Shown here: one piece after another, positions 1 to 13,369 of the stretch
Layout: the number at the start of each line of letters is the position of its first letter
How positions within the stretch are numbered: position 1 is the stretch's first letter
From: Yuukianura sp. NJ FZ-2021
Taxonomy: Eukaryota
DNA length: 64,000 nt
Direction of reading: 5' to 3'
NCBI GenBank assembly: GCA_046563655.1
Contig: CM102284.1
Span: 6,262,001 to 6,326,000 of the forward strand
The notes under the pieces: model-generated
The model's input: only the letters and a program-made list of their open reading frames with translations
Database searches by the model: none
What the model was told of the DNA's origin: nothing
Program-made: the position numbers and the translations under genes

Positions 1-63
1 ATTGCTCTAGAAGTAGAGAAGGCAGCAGCAGCTCTGCAGCAGTTAGTAGTTGGTTTTAGTTGA

Positions 64-3000
64 TTAAGGAGGTGTAGTAGTGGTAGTACTGGGTGTTAGA
101 TAGGGATGATCTCTTAATGAAGTCAATCTTCTCAAATTCATCATTTTACCCACTGGAAATGAAGAATAAGAAACAAAAAACAAAGTGTGATTAATCAACA
201 ATCATGATTAGTTATATTATAAGTAATTGATCTTAGTCAAATTAAGGGTTTCAGTAATAATACTGGTACGAAAAAGCAGTCTAAACAACAACATTCATCG
301 TCATAATGTATGTCCAGTAAACAAAGTTCAGTAAATTTGTTTTGATCAATCTGATTGGTTGAAAAACTTAGATTTTCAAGCAATCTCATTGGCTGAAGCC
401 AGATTTTAAAATCTGATTGGCTAAAAACTTCCAATTTTTAAACATCATGATTGGCTGTAACCAGATTTTCAAATATGATTGGTTGAAACCAGATTTCGAG
501 GAATCTGATTGGTTTAGGCCGGAATTTGTATTAGGTTGGACATACAGTATGATTTTACGAGAAAAGTGAAAGTGAAGCTGCGGAGGCACAACTACTTTTT
601 AACCTGAGAGAAAGCCATCACCAGTGAAAATTTTCTTAAATTCTAAATTTGCGATGTACATTTAACAAATAATACTCAGTACGGTATACAAGATGCTTTT
701 TTCTTTAAAAATTTACACGTAAAATCAAAATTCCTCGCTTGTCATTTTTCAGACTTTTGTGTGTAAAAATTTGAAAATTGAACAAATATAAAACAAAAGT
801 ACGAAAGATGAAGTTATTTTTTTGTTCTAAAAAAGACTTAAAAAATTTTGACTCTTGGACTTTTCCTTTTCACATTTGGAATGTTTTACACATTAAAGCT
901 CCAGAATTTCCCGAAAGGAATAAAAAATACTGTTCAAAAAGAAGTGGACTTGAATTGTTTTGGCTTGTGCGCTGAAAAACCCCGAAAAATCTTAGTTTAT
1001 CTAATAAATAACGCACCGTTTGATGTCTCCAAGTGATGCCCATGTTGTGACGTATTGGAGTTGGTAGGACTGAGGTCCGCTAGAGATAAATAGTAGTCAT
1101 ATGGATTCGGTGTCGTATAAATTAGGTTGTCAAAGGCTGGAACGGGCTGTTGAATTCGGCTTGCAGCGGCATGGGCAGCGGCAGCGATGTGAGCTGCTGC
1201 CAAGTGATGAGCATGATGTGTCGGTGAAATAATCAATGGAGCACCTTCAAGTAACACAAAAGAAACATGAAAAACAAATTGGTTAGTGACGCAAGTCCTA
1301 TTTCGGTTGGGCGTCACAAGGACTTTTGTTCCGATTTCAGACAAAAGCGTTTACGAAAAACGTTTTTGTTGACATTTGACAAAAGAGTTATCAAGTATCA
1401 ACAAATTTGATCGCTCTTAAGAATTTTTACAGTGTTTATACCTAGGGATCCTGGAGATGATTGTCCCAGTTGCGACACTTGCTGTTGGTTGGCTGCATTG
1501 CGAATTCCAGCAATCAGATTACTCAAATTATTTGGCACAATTTTGTTCTCTTTGGAATCTCGGTATGTTCCATTAATGATTGCTAATTCCATCAGTTGTC
1601 GCTTCTTCAGCTCATCTTCTCCTTCAGCCTATTTAAAACATTCCAAAAAGTTAACATTTACACCAACAATGCTCAAAGAAGCATAAAAGGCTTCGGAAGT
1701 TTAAAGAAAAGAAAAGTTAAAACAAGCATAACTTTCACCAAAAACTGTTTCTGTAACTTTCTTACAAGAAACAAAGATTTTTTTGGTAAAAGTTGAGACA
1801 AAACTTTCTCTCTTGGGAAGATCAAAGTTAGATCAAAAAACTTTGTTTTACAAAAACTTATTTGTGCAAAAAAGAAAGTGATCACGAGATGAAAACTTGC
1901 CATTGGGATGAGGAGTTTGTTGATCTCATCTTTGGCTCTCTGCAGTTTCACTTTGCAGCGATTCTCCGTATCTTCCACAGTGATCAACACGTGGAGCTCA
2001 TCGTTCAAGTGCTCCCAGTTTGGTTTTCCACGATTCTGCTCCTCCTGCAAAATAAATCAACACATTATTTTCCAATAATCTTCAACTTTGAGCTAACTCT
2101 TGTCTTTGCATGTCTCTCTTCCACATATGGAAATCATTTCAAAGTATTTCTAGGATCCGCTTTCATGTTTTTATTGAATTTCCTTATTTCCTTAACTCCC
2201 TGCCTCGCAGGCTTAACACTTCCATGTTATACTGGAAGCATTCAAAAATACTAGAAAAACAGAACACGAAACTGCAAAAAATGGAGTTGGAGAAAGATTT
2301 GATGCCTTGGGAAACTAAAAATAGACGTTTTCTTGGATCAATTTCAAGTTATAGTACAACAGTCACGAATTCAGGAAGGAACCAGCCTGCTGCTTTTTAC
2401 TTTTTACTGGCACAATTTTTTAGTTCAAAACTTTTTTTTAAGTTTTAAAAAGCCAACTCAAAGCTTAGGAACGCCAGGAAGCTACAAATTTTAGAATTCT
2501 TCTGGAATAGTCATCTTTTAACTCATCATTGCATGAAAATCTTGTCAACTCGTCAACTCAAAAAACGAAAAAATGCTTTCATCTTTTTCTCTTGCAGTGC
2601 TCTAGATCCTAATCGCATCAAAGCATTTCACTTTCTTCTTTCAGAACTTGAAACGAAAGTAAATCTAAAATCAGATTTTGCGATTCCGAATTTATCAAAA
2701 GCAGAAACATCTTGATCGTTGATGCTTTCACTGCCGAGCTTTGATCTTCTCCTGTTCCTAGCAACTTGTAAAATGCTGACATAGACATACGAATTTTCAC
2801 TAAAAACACTTCATCATCTTCACAAAATTTTAACGCTTGACTTATTTTTACCTTCTTCTTGTCCCGCATAGAGCCTTTTCCTCTAACCATAATCTTGCAT
2901 CCCGTTTCGTACTCCAATCTACAAAAACAAAAGAAAAGAGTTTCAATCCATCACTTTCTTTCTTCTTAACTAAAAATTATACAGCGATTAATCACCGATT

Positions 3001-4921
3001 AGCAACATGTGTTGCAACTGGCAACTATTTCACTTGTGTTGTTCCTTTTAAAAGAATGTATTTCCGTATTCACTTTTTATAACTTACTGCTTGGCTGTCA
3101 TCCCACGCGGACCAAGTATTCGTCCCACAAAGTTAAACTCTGGGTAATCTTTAATGGGCACGTAAATCTTCTCTGTACAAGTGACAACGCTTCCTACACC
3201 TTCAGGAAGATCCAAAGGCTCCGCCTTCTCGTCCGTTAATTGGAACAGATTTGTGCGAATTTTGTTAATTTCTGCAAAAAAAAAAAACAAGACCAAATAA
3301 AGATTTAGCATCATCTTCAAAAATTTTATCTTCCTTGTCCATTGTTTCGTAAGAATACAATGATACTGCTAATTACTGGGCATAAAATTTAGCAAAATAG
3401 GCAACTATACTAAAAATCAACATCCCACACCCGCGCCGCAGCATCTTGGATTCGAGTTAAGTATTCTTGACATGTTGCCTACAGCTCTGCTGGTTGGCCC
3501 TGCCCTGAATCTTATGACTTAAGTACATTTCCTTTTGCCAGTCTTGGGAAGTATTAACGTTATTATTAACACCTACGCAACAAGACCAAAGTAGTAAGTC
3601 TGTTTTCAGAATTCAGACGCCAACATAAGCAAAAGTCTTTAGCTCAACTATACAGATAGGGTTAAAAAAGCTAAAAGCTTTAAAAATCTCATGTACTCTT
3701 CCAAAAATGTACAGAAGAAACGCTTATTCCTCAATCTTGTCCTCCTACACGCTCTCTCCATTTTTTTTATAACTGCTTACTCCCATGTTCCCGGTAAGTA
3801 ACTTTGCAGCCCCTCCAAACCCTTCTGGTAATCAAAAATAGAAATTTTTAGCATAATTGATTGAAAATTGGAGAAAATTTTTAGTAGCAAACATTCTTCA
3901 TTAGTTAACAAAACTTATTAGGTGAGTAAAATTTTCGAAATTTCAAAATTTAGAGTATTTTGAGTGTGTTTTAGTCACAGGTGTGAAAAAAGTGTATCGA
4001 GATGAGTAATCTGTCTCCTCCTATTTTCTAATGTTCTTACATAAAGAACAACCTAAACTAAAAAGTTGTATTTGGAGATGAAGTAATCTTAAAATGCATG
4101 TGTAGGAGTGTTAAAAAGAAGTCAATTGCAATGAGATATCCTTGATAACTTTCACTTTCCAATGGAAATTGAATATGGATCATTTTAGGTGTAACCTAAT
4201 CTGAATATGTAAGTAGAGTATCGCCGAAGAATACGGATTAATCAGTATTCTTATAACAAATTGTATCGTGTTACACATTTTGACGTTAACTTTCACCTGA
4301 ATGAGAGCGACTGATCAAAGAAAGTCCAAATCTGAATTCCGATTTCGCTTTCTCATTTTCTATGTAAAAGATTTCATTTTTTCGAAATCGCCTAGTTCCG
4401 TATTGAAATCAGTAAAATTGTAATGACAATTTGACAGGTAATGAATTGGAGCATCTACACTTCACATCGGAAGATAAATGTTAAACAAGTGAGCATTTAT
4501 CACAACCGCAACAAAACCAATCAGTTAACACAAAACTACCACGGAATCCCTACTAAATACTTATTCATACCTGTCAATTTTTCAGCAATTAACCCAATTG
4601 ACTAAATATGGATTCCATTCTGTACCGTAAACGCCAACTTATCAAAGAGTACTTAACAAACATTGCACTAGTGCAAAATGCAGCACACACAATTGACTCT
4701 CGTTTTCGTTCATTAACATGCATGATTAACGATTACGTTATAACTTACATAGATACAATACAATGCATAGTTTAATACTTACCTTCATCGAGTAATCGTT
4801 CCAGATGAAGAAAACAATTGGGAAAGATACTCAGCTGCTTCTTGTCTTTGATGAGCTGTGCTAAGTAGTCTGCTAAATTCGTGTTCGTACTATTATTATT
4901 TGTTTCATTGTTATCAGTCAT
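64..4921 (-). CDS. how: STAR-family KH RNA-binding protein held out wings / quaking, long isoform. Coding exons ~4921-4783, 3271-3088, 2918-2852, 2044-1901, 1628-1442, 1244-1017, 152-64
   Basis: QUA1 ([32 protein letters not shown]), KH ([39 protein letters not shown]) and QUA2 ([23 protein letters not shown]). The last exon encodes RDHPY, the STAR nuclear-retention motif. Splice phases join in frame. Confidence 0.95.
351..514. repeat. Degenerate minisatellite of six (G/C)ATTGG(C/T)T units in the last intron of how
   Basis: ATTGG at 354, 388, 416, 450, 478 and 508, spacing 34/28/34/28/30, with shared flanks such as ccagatttt. Confidence 0.7.
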
Positions 4922-7631
4922 CTTGTTGTCGTTTTTATGGCACTTGGGTAGTACTTAAGTAGGAATTTCTTAATGTAGACCAACAAGAGTTGACCTCAGG
5001 TTGACCTCTTCGTTTTCCAGTAACACCAGATTCGTCAACTTGATAATCCGCTATGGTATTTGGTTAAATTCGTAGATTTTTACGTGTAAATTGTGCTTCA
5101 GCGACTTCAATTGCCTCGACGTTTTGAAGAAGTAAGGCACTTTTGATTGAAGATGAAGACGTTGATTACTTACAACTGTTTACGTTGATTTACTAATATT
5201 GTTGTGTGATGTGTGCTGATGAGATTACAAAAATAAAATGTACTAATTATTTACATGACAAAATGTAATCCTGTGCTCCCGTGTGTGCTAAAAGAAACTG
5301 AATTAGTAATTGATTTGAAGTGTGAATTACTAAGGAAGGAAGAAGAGAGTAATTCAAGATCTCCGCTCACTCCTCGTCTTGACTCTTGAGTCTCGTCTTC
5401 TTTTTCTTGACTTTAGTCAGCCCCCCTTTCTTTTCAAGCATCTTGCACCAACCAAAGTAGTTGGATAGATCCATCCTCGGTACATTCTGTATTCATAAGT
5501 TAAGTTTTAGGGTGTAGGGAGTTTAGGTCATGACATATTCTGTGGTCTTACTATAACATTTGACTATATTCAGAGATGACTAAACGCTACGGCTTTTAAT
5601 ACACGAGAAGGATGTCCAAGAAGTCGTATGCCTCAAAGCATCCATTGTTTTGTCTTCTTAAACAAAAGAGGCAACTCAATTCTTTTAAGTTTTAGTCGAT
5701 CAGTTTAACTGATAAAAGTGTCATCTTCGTCACCTCTTAAGAGTGGACCAAAAGTATGGATCATCCAAAATGACCTGTCATCTTTAAATAGGTTTTTAGT
5801 ATATGAAGAAAATATGATTAATCTTGGACCATTGCATTTCTATTCTAATATTGTTGGTCTGAAAAGAAACAGCATGACATTTCTGAACCTCATGCCTCAG
5901 CATTTTATTTGAAGAGCTACTGGTTTTTGTTGACTCTAAAAATGAAAGTTTTCTCAAGTAATTAGTAAAGTTGACATTAGGGGAAGTCAAATTATTACGA
6001 ACAATTGAGTTTAGGTACGAAAGTCAAAATTACAATTTGAAAAAAGAACCAGAAAGTAGTTTTTAAAAAAAACGGTGGTTTGGTGCTTTTCGTAATTTGC
6101 AAACTGGTGTCTGTCTTTTTATCATTATCTTTTTAAGTTCTGTGTTTTTAGAGGTTAGGAGTTGTGGCTTTCACTGTTTTTAGACTTCATCATGCATCGC
6201 ACTTAAAAGTGACAATCGCACAACGCAATTCACAAACCAATACATAAAGTTAATTGATAGCTTGGTGAAATGTTTGTGCACTGCAATATTTTTTAAACAT
6301 GTATAAAAAGAGGGGATTTTTAAAAGTGTGAATTCATTTTTAGCGAGTTTGTAATTTTGCATCCTGTTTGTGGGCAGAAATCTCGTCGTTCTAAACTAAA
6401 AATGTACAAAAAGTTAATTTTAAATTGCGAAAAAAATGTTAAACGCATTAAATTATGGATTTTTGGCAAACAATCGTATTGATAAGGATCATATTGAAAA
6501 TTGACAAAAATATAAGTTAAAAATCGTTTAGTTTCTGTGGTGAATTATGTAGGTATGTTCAGAATTTTGGGTAACTAAGGTTTATAGCTATTTTTAAATG
6601 GTGTTTAGCTTTGCAACAAAAAGAAGTCGAAATAAATTCAAAATTTTAATAGTTTGATGTGGATAAGGAGGACATGACGCTTCGGAAAAAACTTTTGAAT
6701 TTTCCCACTTCTTTTTTTTCAGAGATCAATAAAAAAAATCGGAAAATAGGGTTTGAAAATGCTGCTTTTCAGCACAGCGTTTTATTTTCAATCCCTCCAA
6801 AAAGCCACCTCTGCGTCTTTTTTCTAACCACAAAACAAAACCCACCCGTACAAGAACACACGCACCGTCACCTTCTATCTATCATGTTGCCAATTCGGTC
6901 CCTACGCATTGTTGCGTATTTAAGGTTATTACTTTTGTTTTTTGTACAACTTATTTAACAAAATTTTTGGAACCTTTTCACTTATTTACAAAATGAGTTT
7001 TTATGACATACTCGACTGGCAGTTTGATGGCTTTTTGTCAAATAGTTTTGATTTTTAAAGCCCTGATTCATACCAAATTTGACGTAAAAAGTAAGCTGTA
7101 ATGTAAAGTAAAGCGGTTTGACATAAGCTTCCGTTTGAAGCGTTAACGTAATGCATAATTTGGTCTTAAATTTTGACTTATATTAATATTAAAAGGCTAT
7201 ATTTGATTTTAAAATAGAATAATATGTTTATTACAAAAGAAATCTGAAGTTAAACAAAGCGGCAACTATGTGTGGAGGTATTTTGTTTGAATTGTTGGCT
7301 TCTCCTTCACGTCATCTCCCGCTCAATCACTTTTTGTGCTTTTTCCGCTTGCTTCAATAGAAACAACTCGGTTCCGATCCCGAATTGCCATTGCTAGTTC
7401 AAACTGAAGGGAAGCGTTGGTGGCCGTTGGTTCAAGAAAGATTCTTCGTCTCGTTCTTCCTTCCTTGGCTCTCATTCAACTTATCTTTATCTAATTTTAA
7501 GCCTGTAATTAATTAAAAGGTAAGATAATTCACAATATTTTAATTAAATAGTCTCGGTCAAAAGCATGATTTTACAAGTACTAATTTCCCATTTGTTTTT
7601 TATTTCAGGGCTCTAAAAGACTCTTAGAAAA

Positions 7632-8218
7632 ATGTCCGATACTGCAACAGCCCCAAAGCGAGGCCGTAAGTTTAATAAGAACTAACGAAGTAGTTAGTGC
7701 TAATTAGTAAATGTAATGCTAAATTATAGTTGTAGTTAATGAATTATAATGTGTTCCATTTAAAATTAACACTGGATCTTTATTTGTTACTGATTTAGGT
7801 GGTCGTCCACCAAAAGCCGGTGGAGCAGCAGTAGCCAAGAAGGCCGCCGAGCCACCAAAGCGTGATCCAGAAGAAGACGAAGAGGCCAGCGGTGAAGACC
7901 AAGAAGACGAAGCCCCAGCCGCCAAACGCGGTCGTGGAAGGCCTGCTGCTTCATCAAAGGGCGCTGCCGCTGCTAAAGGCAAGAAGAAGGCTGCTCCAAA
8001 GAAGGCAGCGAAAGCAGCCAGTCCAAAGAAGGTAATTACAAATACTAATTAACTATAACTCATTATTAAGCTAACATTGAAGTAACGGTACTTTTCATTT
8101 ATAGGGAACGGGCCGGGGGCGTGGTCGACCGAAGAAGAATGCCGCAGCAGAGGAAAAGCATGGTGACACTTCCAGCGGTGGAGACGAAGAGGAACAAAGC
8201 GGTGGTGATGATGATTGA
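7632..8218 (+). CDS. HMGA: HMGA-like AT-hook chromatin protein, ~126 aa. Exons 7632-7665, 7799-8031, 8105-8218, plus a 5'UTR intron ~7520-7608
   Basis: Spliced translation MSDTATAPKRGRGRPPK...KRGRGRPAAS...GRGRGRPKKN...GDEEEQSGGDDD* has three RGRP AT-hooks and an acidic tail. GT-AG introns keep the frame. Not present in the ORF track. Confidence 0.88.
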
Positions 8219-8981
8219 AGTACACAAGGATCTTTAAAGCTGAAGATGAATTTAGATTACTAATTCAGTTTTTGTTCACTTCTTGTAATACGGTTTGAAT
8301 GTTTGGTTAGTTTAACGGTAAAGTTAATAAGTTACAAAGCAAGAGTTAAGTTGAGATGGAAGTCTGTACTTCTTTACATGAAGAAAGACTTTTGGTATAA
8401 TGTTAATCTTTTTCACAGTACAAAACCTTCCGTTTTGTCCTTACTATTAGTAAAACAACTCAATTAAACTTTACATAATTAATATTTAAAGTTGCACGTT
8501 GTAATTCTTTGGACTTGTATGTGGTGTGTGTCTGACTCCAAAAAGAATACCGAGGGTTCATTCCAACAAGTTGAACTTTTATACTTCAATAAAACTTATG
8601 CCAAAAACAATTACGTTTCAGCATCAAATTAATTCATCGTTTTAATCATAAAACGTCACAACTTATTCAAGAAGGCAGTTGATTGATCTGTCTCGTCAAA
8701 ATTCCAAAGTTAAAAATTAAGACAGGTTAAATTCAGTTTTAGTAACAATTACAACTAAATCCTGAATTCAAATTAATTAGTCATCCTTACCACTAACATT
8801 CTTAGTTAAAATAATCATACCCTAAGTTCATCGTACTTAAAAATGAGGTTGTTAGTTAACTTGAACAGAAAAATTGAAATTTAGAGTTATGTAAATGTTA
8901 TTCCAGGGAGAAAGTCTTTGTTTTATAAATTCCTAAAATCCATTTTAAAAGCTAGCCTCTCTGTTCTCGTTTTTAATTAAG

Positions 8982-11667
8982 TTAATTAACGGATTCAGGA
9001 AACCGGGTATTATATCTCTGTTCCCTGAGGAATTTAACACTAATCAAGTTCCCATTGTACCACCATCCATGCAAATTGACGTAGGCTTTCTTGGCGTCTT
9101 CTTTGTTAAAACACTTGATGTAAACGCAGGAGTCATTGTGATTATCGTAACCGATATGCTTTAGTTGGATCAAGGCTTTGGACTTCAAGGATCCCTCAAT
9201 CTTGGCTTTAAGTTCATCAGTAAGCGGGCTACAAACAACACAAAACAGGTAAAGATTAAAACTAAATCATGAAAGTTTAAATTTAACTGAATTAACGTTA
9301 AAAGTGTTAAATAGCAATCACAAATGAAATCACCTGCTGCTATCATACATGTGTCGAACCTTCAAGCAGTTGGTTGGAATTTTGAGGGGAAGAGAGTTTG
9401 GACTTCCATCGACAATTTCAAAAGCTTGGCCTTGCCATCCCCCCACTCCTCCTGGGGAATTGGATCGTTTTGGCGACAATGTCGGAACCCACTTCATAGC
9501 ACGATACTCCTCTCCACGAATATGATGCATCTCCTCTCTAACGCGAGAGTCATTGCTCAAAATGTACTCAATAGCTTCTGTCCAAATCTGCATCTTCTCT
9601 GGAGTCCGTTCCGACGGCTGGATCAAGTTATCACGAATGTGGTGAATTGCCAATGGCTCATTGTTTGTCGACCTAAAAAATCATAGACCAATGAAGAAAT
9701 ACATGTCAACTTGTTCAAAAATCCAAAACTTGTAACGTTAAAGGAGTAACTTACTGCTCATTCTCATGATGCTCTTGCAGCAGGTTCAGAATGTCCTCAA
9801 TCATGTTGAACAGTTCCTTCTTATGTTCCTTCTGCTTTTCTTGGATGGTCGTATAGACTTGATAGATGATAAATGTCACTAATCCAACTAAAGAAACCAT
9901 CAAAATAACATTGCAAAAATATACCAACTTCAAGATTTAGCTCATGAACTTTGAACTTACCAACTCCAATCAAGCCAGCGTAAGAAATAATGCTCAACCC
10001 GACTTTCAAAGCAGCGCAGTACCATGCCCGATCAGTGCTTGTCGTAGTAATGTAAAGTTCCGTCGTACTTTGATCAATTTCCTCTCGTTTGGTCAGATGT
10101 GTATTTGTTCCATTGGACTCCTCAGTCTCAACAACGATTAGTCCCAACTTTGGATTTTCAATGATAAAGTACAAAAGGTGGTTGAAAGTGGCGTCAATCC
10201 TTGGTTTGTTCTGAAAATTAATCAAAATATTAAGCTAAACTTCTTAAAAACTTACGTAAAAGTAGAAAATCAAGAGAACTTACAAGAGAACTCAGCCGAT
10301 AAAGCAAGGATTTTGCTTTGGTAAGACTCAAGATGTCCGAGGCCAGGTCGTCATCGTGACTTTTGCAGTCGATCATGCGTCGTCTTTCGTTCAATTCATC
10401 CCTCAATTCACCGAATAGTTTCTTCGTATCAACAATGTCGTCTCGCGGGATGCAATTCTAGAAAAGTTAGTTTATCATGAGAAACTGAATTGAATAAGGC
10501 CAGTAATGTAATAAATGATGTAATTTCACTTACTTTGCCTCCGACGTCATTGTCATCGCAAATCTGGAGATAGGATTCCAACTTCTTCCCGGTACTATCC
10601 ACAACTGCTAATGGATCAGTTGACGTATTTTGAAGCTTATTGAACATATAAATTGCCACCACGAGCAGGAAGAAGGTAACAATCGTCGTCAGCAAGACGT
10701 TCGGGACGTTGTTCATAACATAATCATGAATTTTATACCAGAATGAACGCGGAGCGAAGTATCTCGTTCTGGTTCGAATGGGGACCGATGTACTTCCTCC
10801 ATCCGAATCATCATCGTCATCTGAACTGAATCTACCGCTACTGGTTGATCCGATACTACGGCGGTAAGTCGTCGTCATCCTGTTGTCGCTGTTATTGAAC
10901 AGCTTCATGTATTTCATATACTTGTCCGAACTGTTAGCCGTTGAAGGTGACGCCGGTTTTGATGCAGTGCTAACTCGGAGAGTATGCGAGGAGGATGCAG
11001 ATTTCCGAGATGTCGTGGCGAATAAAGCTGGAGGTGATGTAGGAGCAGTTTCAGCTTCCTCGTCCGTCTGATTGTTTTCATCACTCTCATCAACGTTGAC
11101 AAATCGGTTAGTAAATGGAATTCTCTGTGTAGATGTGGAGGTTCTTGGCTGTGCTGGTGGTGGGGACGAATTCGCTGCTGCTGGGGCTGGTGGACTCGGC
11201 TTCGAAGCTTGTCGTGGTGGAGTTTGTTTTCGAACACGCGGTGGCGTCACTGACGCGGCCGTTTGGGATCTCGTCGCAGTTGGAGTCGAAGGTGCTTGTG
11301 CTGGCGCTGGAGGAGGAGGAGCTGGACTTTGATTCACGGCAATGGAGTTCCGGGCTTGTCGTTTCGTTGGTAGTTTTGCCGGTGATGCAGTCACTAAAAG
11401 CAATCAAATCATAGCATATTATAATAACGTATAATGAGTGCAAAACGGACTAATGACAGAATGCTTACCATTTAGTGACAATCGTTTCTTAGCAGCAGAA
11501 GTTGTTCCATTACTTCCAGCCGTTCCAGTGGTCTCCTTTTCTTCCGCTTGCTGTAACTTTCTAATCAGGAAGTCCCGATTAATTGAGATGGGCAGATCGT
11601 AGCCAATGGCACTCAGTTTACGTCTGAGTTCACTGTCTGACAACGAACTGTAATCTGTTGACGGCAT
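8982..11667 (-). CDS. MAN1: Inner nuclear membrane LEM-domain protein MAN1 (LEMD3-like), multi-exon
   Basis: N-terminal LEM (YSSLSDSELRRKLSAIG...RDFLIRKL), S/P/T-rich linker, two TM segments, MSC/winged-helix region (AIHHIRDNLI...WTEAIEYILSNDSRVREE...WQGQAF) and C-terminal UHM/RRM (CVYIKC...AYVNLHGWWYNGNLISVKFLR). Confidence 0.92.
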
Positions 11668-13369
11668 TTTGCACTTTGTTCCAGAGATCCAGACGTCTGC
11701 TCAACTGACCCTTCACCAAACCTTCATGTAAACCAAACCGAACCGATTCCAGATCCTTACCTAACCTTTGGTAAGATTGTCCGTTCAGACAGAGGTCACT
11801 CCCTTGACAACAAACAACATAAAAACGAAATTGACGAGTGACGAGACAGTTGAAGATGAGACGAGACACAAAAAGAAATGAAACAAAACGAAGATGAGGC
11901 CACTCAAAAACACTCCAAAAGAAAAAAAAAGCCCTGCCTTTCTTTCATTCCCAACTTTTTAGCTTTGCTCAGCCTTCAGGTAATGCAGCCATCGGCATCC
12001 ACTTAATAAAATTGCTTTTTCAGTCTACGTGTACGTACCTCAACTCAAATTTCTGATTAATTTACTCCATCCAAATCGATCATAATTTACTCCATCGACA
12101 CACTAAAATTCAAATCTAATCATTATAAATAGTTTATATGCCTTGCAAATTCCTTTACAAATGCAAAAACGTTTCAGGTGAAACCGAAAGTGCAGTGGAA
12201 CATGCCGACATCTCATCTTTAGTTTTTTACAAATACGAATCCCCGCCTTTTCAAAATAAAAATCAACCGAAAACAAAACTTGTTCCTGGTTGGGGCGAAA
12301 AGATATAACCAATTAAACAAATGAAACGACGATAATATTATGCATTTTAATAATTACTAATAAAAAATAATACATTTAACAGTAAATACCAATTAATATA
12401 AATAAAATATTACTGGATAAACGGCTAATGTTGAAGATTGACGGTGATTGGCTAATTGAAATTTGAAATTGGAAATTGAAACTTTTTCCCACTACAAAGC
12501 AAAATTCATGACGTCACAAAAAAGTTGAAAAAAGGGGAGAACCTTTTTGTTCCGCATAATACCCGGATAGACTCCGGCCAAAATCGAGGGTCCACTTTTT
12601 AAATAGCAGTCTGCACGACACGCAAAAATCAACACAAATCACACTGTGACTTTTTAGCAACCGACACTCACTGTTTACCTATTCTGAATTATATAATTTT
12701 CTGCATGGCGTATATTTTTTACAGCTTTTCAAGGTTGAAACTTTTGAATTGCGATTTTTGAAACTAATTTTTCGAAATTTTATGAAAGTTATGCTAATAC
12801 GATATTAACTTTTTAGTTAACTAATTGAATAATTATGACCGATTAATATTTGAGTGAAGAAAATATGGTGATATGTTTATTTTTTACAAGACCTTATGTT
12901 GTATCCGTGTAATGTTTTACATGAGTTTCTGGATTTTTACATTCGAAAAGAGCTTAAACTCAAATAGTTTTAAAGGGACTTGCTTTCTTAACTTGCTAAA
13001 TTATGTTAATCTAAACTAGTGATTGCTTTCTAATTAGTTTAATTAACAATAAATTAAACTTAACTGAAGAATACTTAAAGATTGAGTAGTGGTTTTAGTA
13101 GTAGAGGCAAGAGGCACAAGAAACTACAAAGATATTATTAGGGAGCGCGTGGCTTTAGGATTTTCTAGAGTTATAAAAACATATCTAAAGATTAGGAAAT
13201 TTGCACTCTCTTGATTGCAATTTTGCAAATTCCATGCAATTTGGGGAACGTGCTGAGAAATTTTGCGTCTGTTATTAGTAAGGTCTAGGGGTTGAGTTGA
13301 GGATGGTTTTTAGCATGTAAGTTGCGAGTGAAGGAACATTTACTTAATTAATGATTTAATATAAATTAA

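Noticed and set aside
7719-7982. Minus-strand 87-aa ORF
   Set aside because: Antisense shadow of HMGA exon 2.
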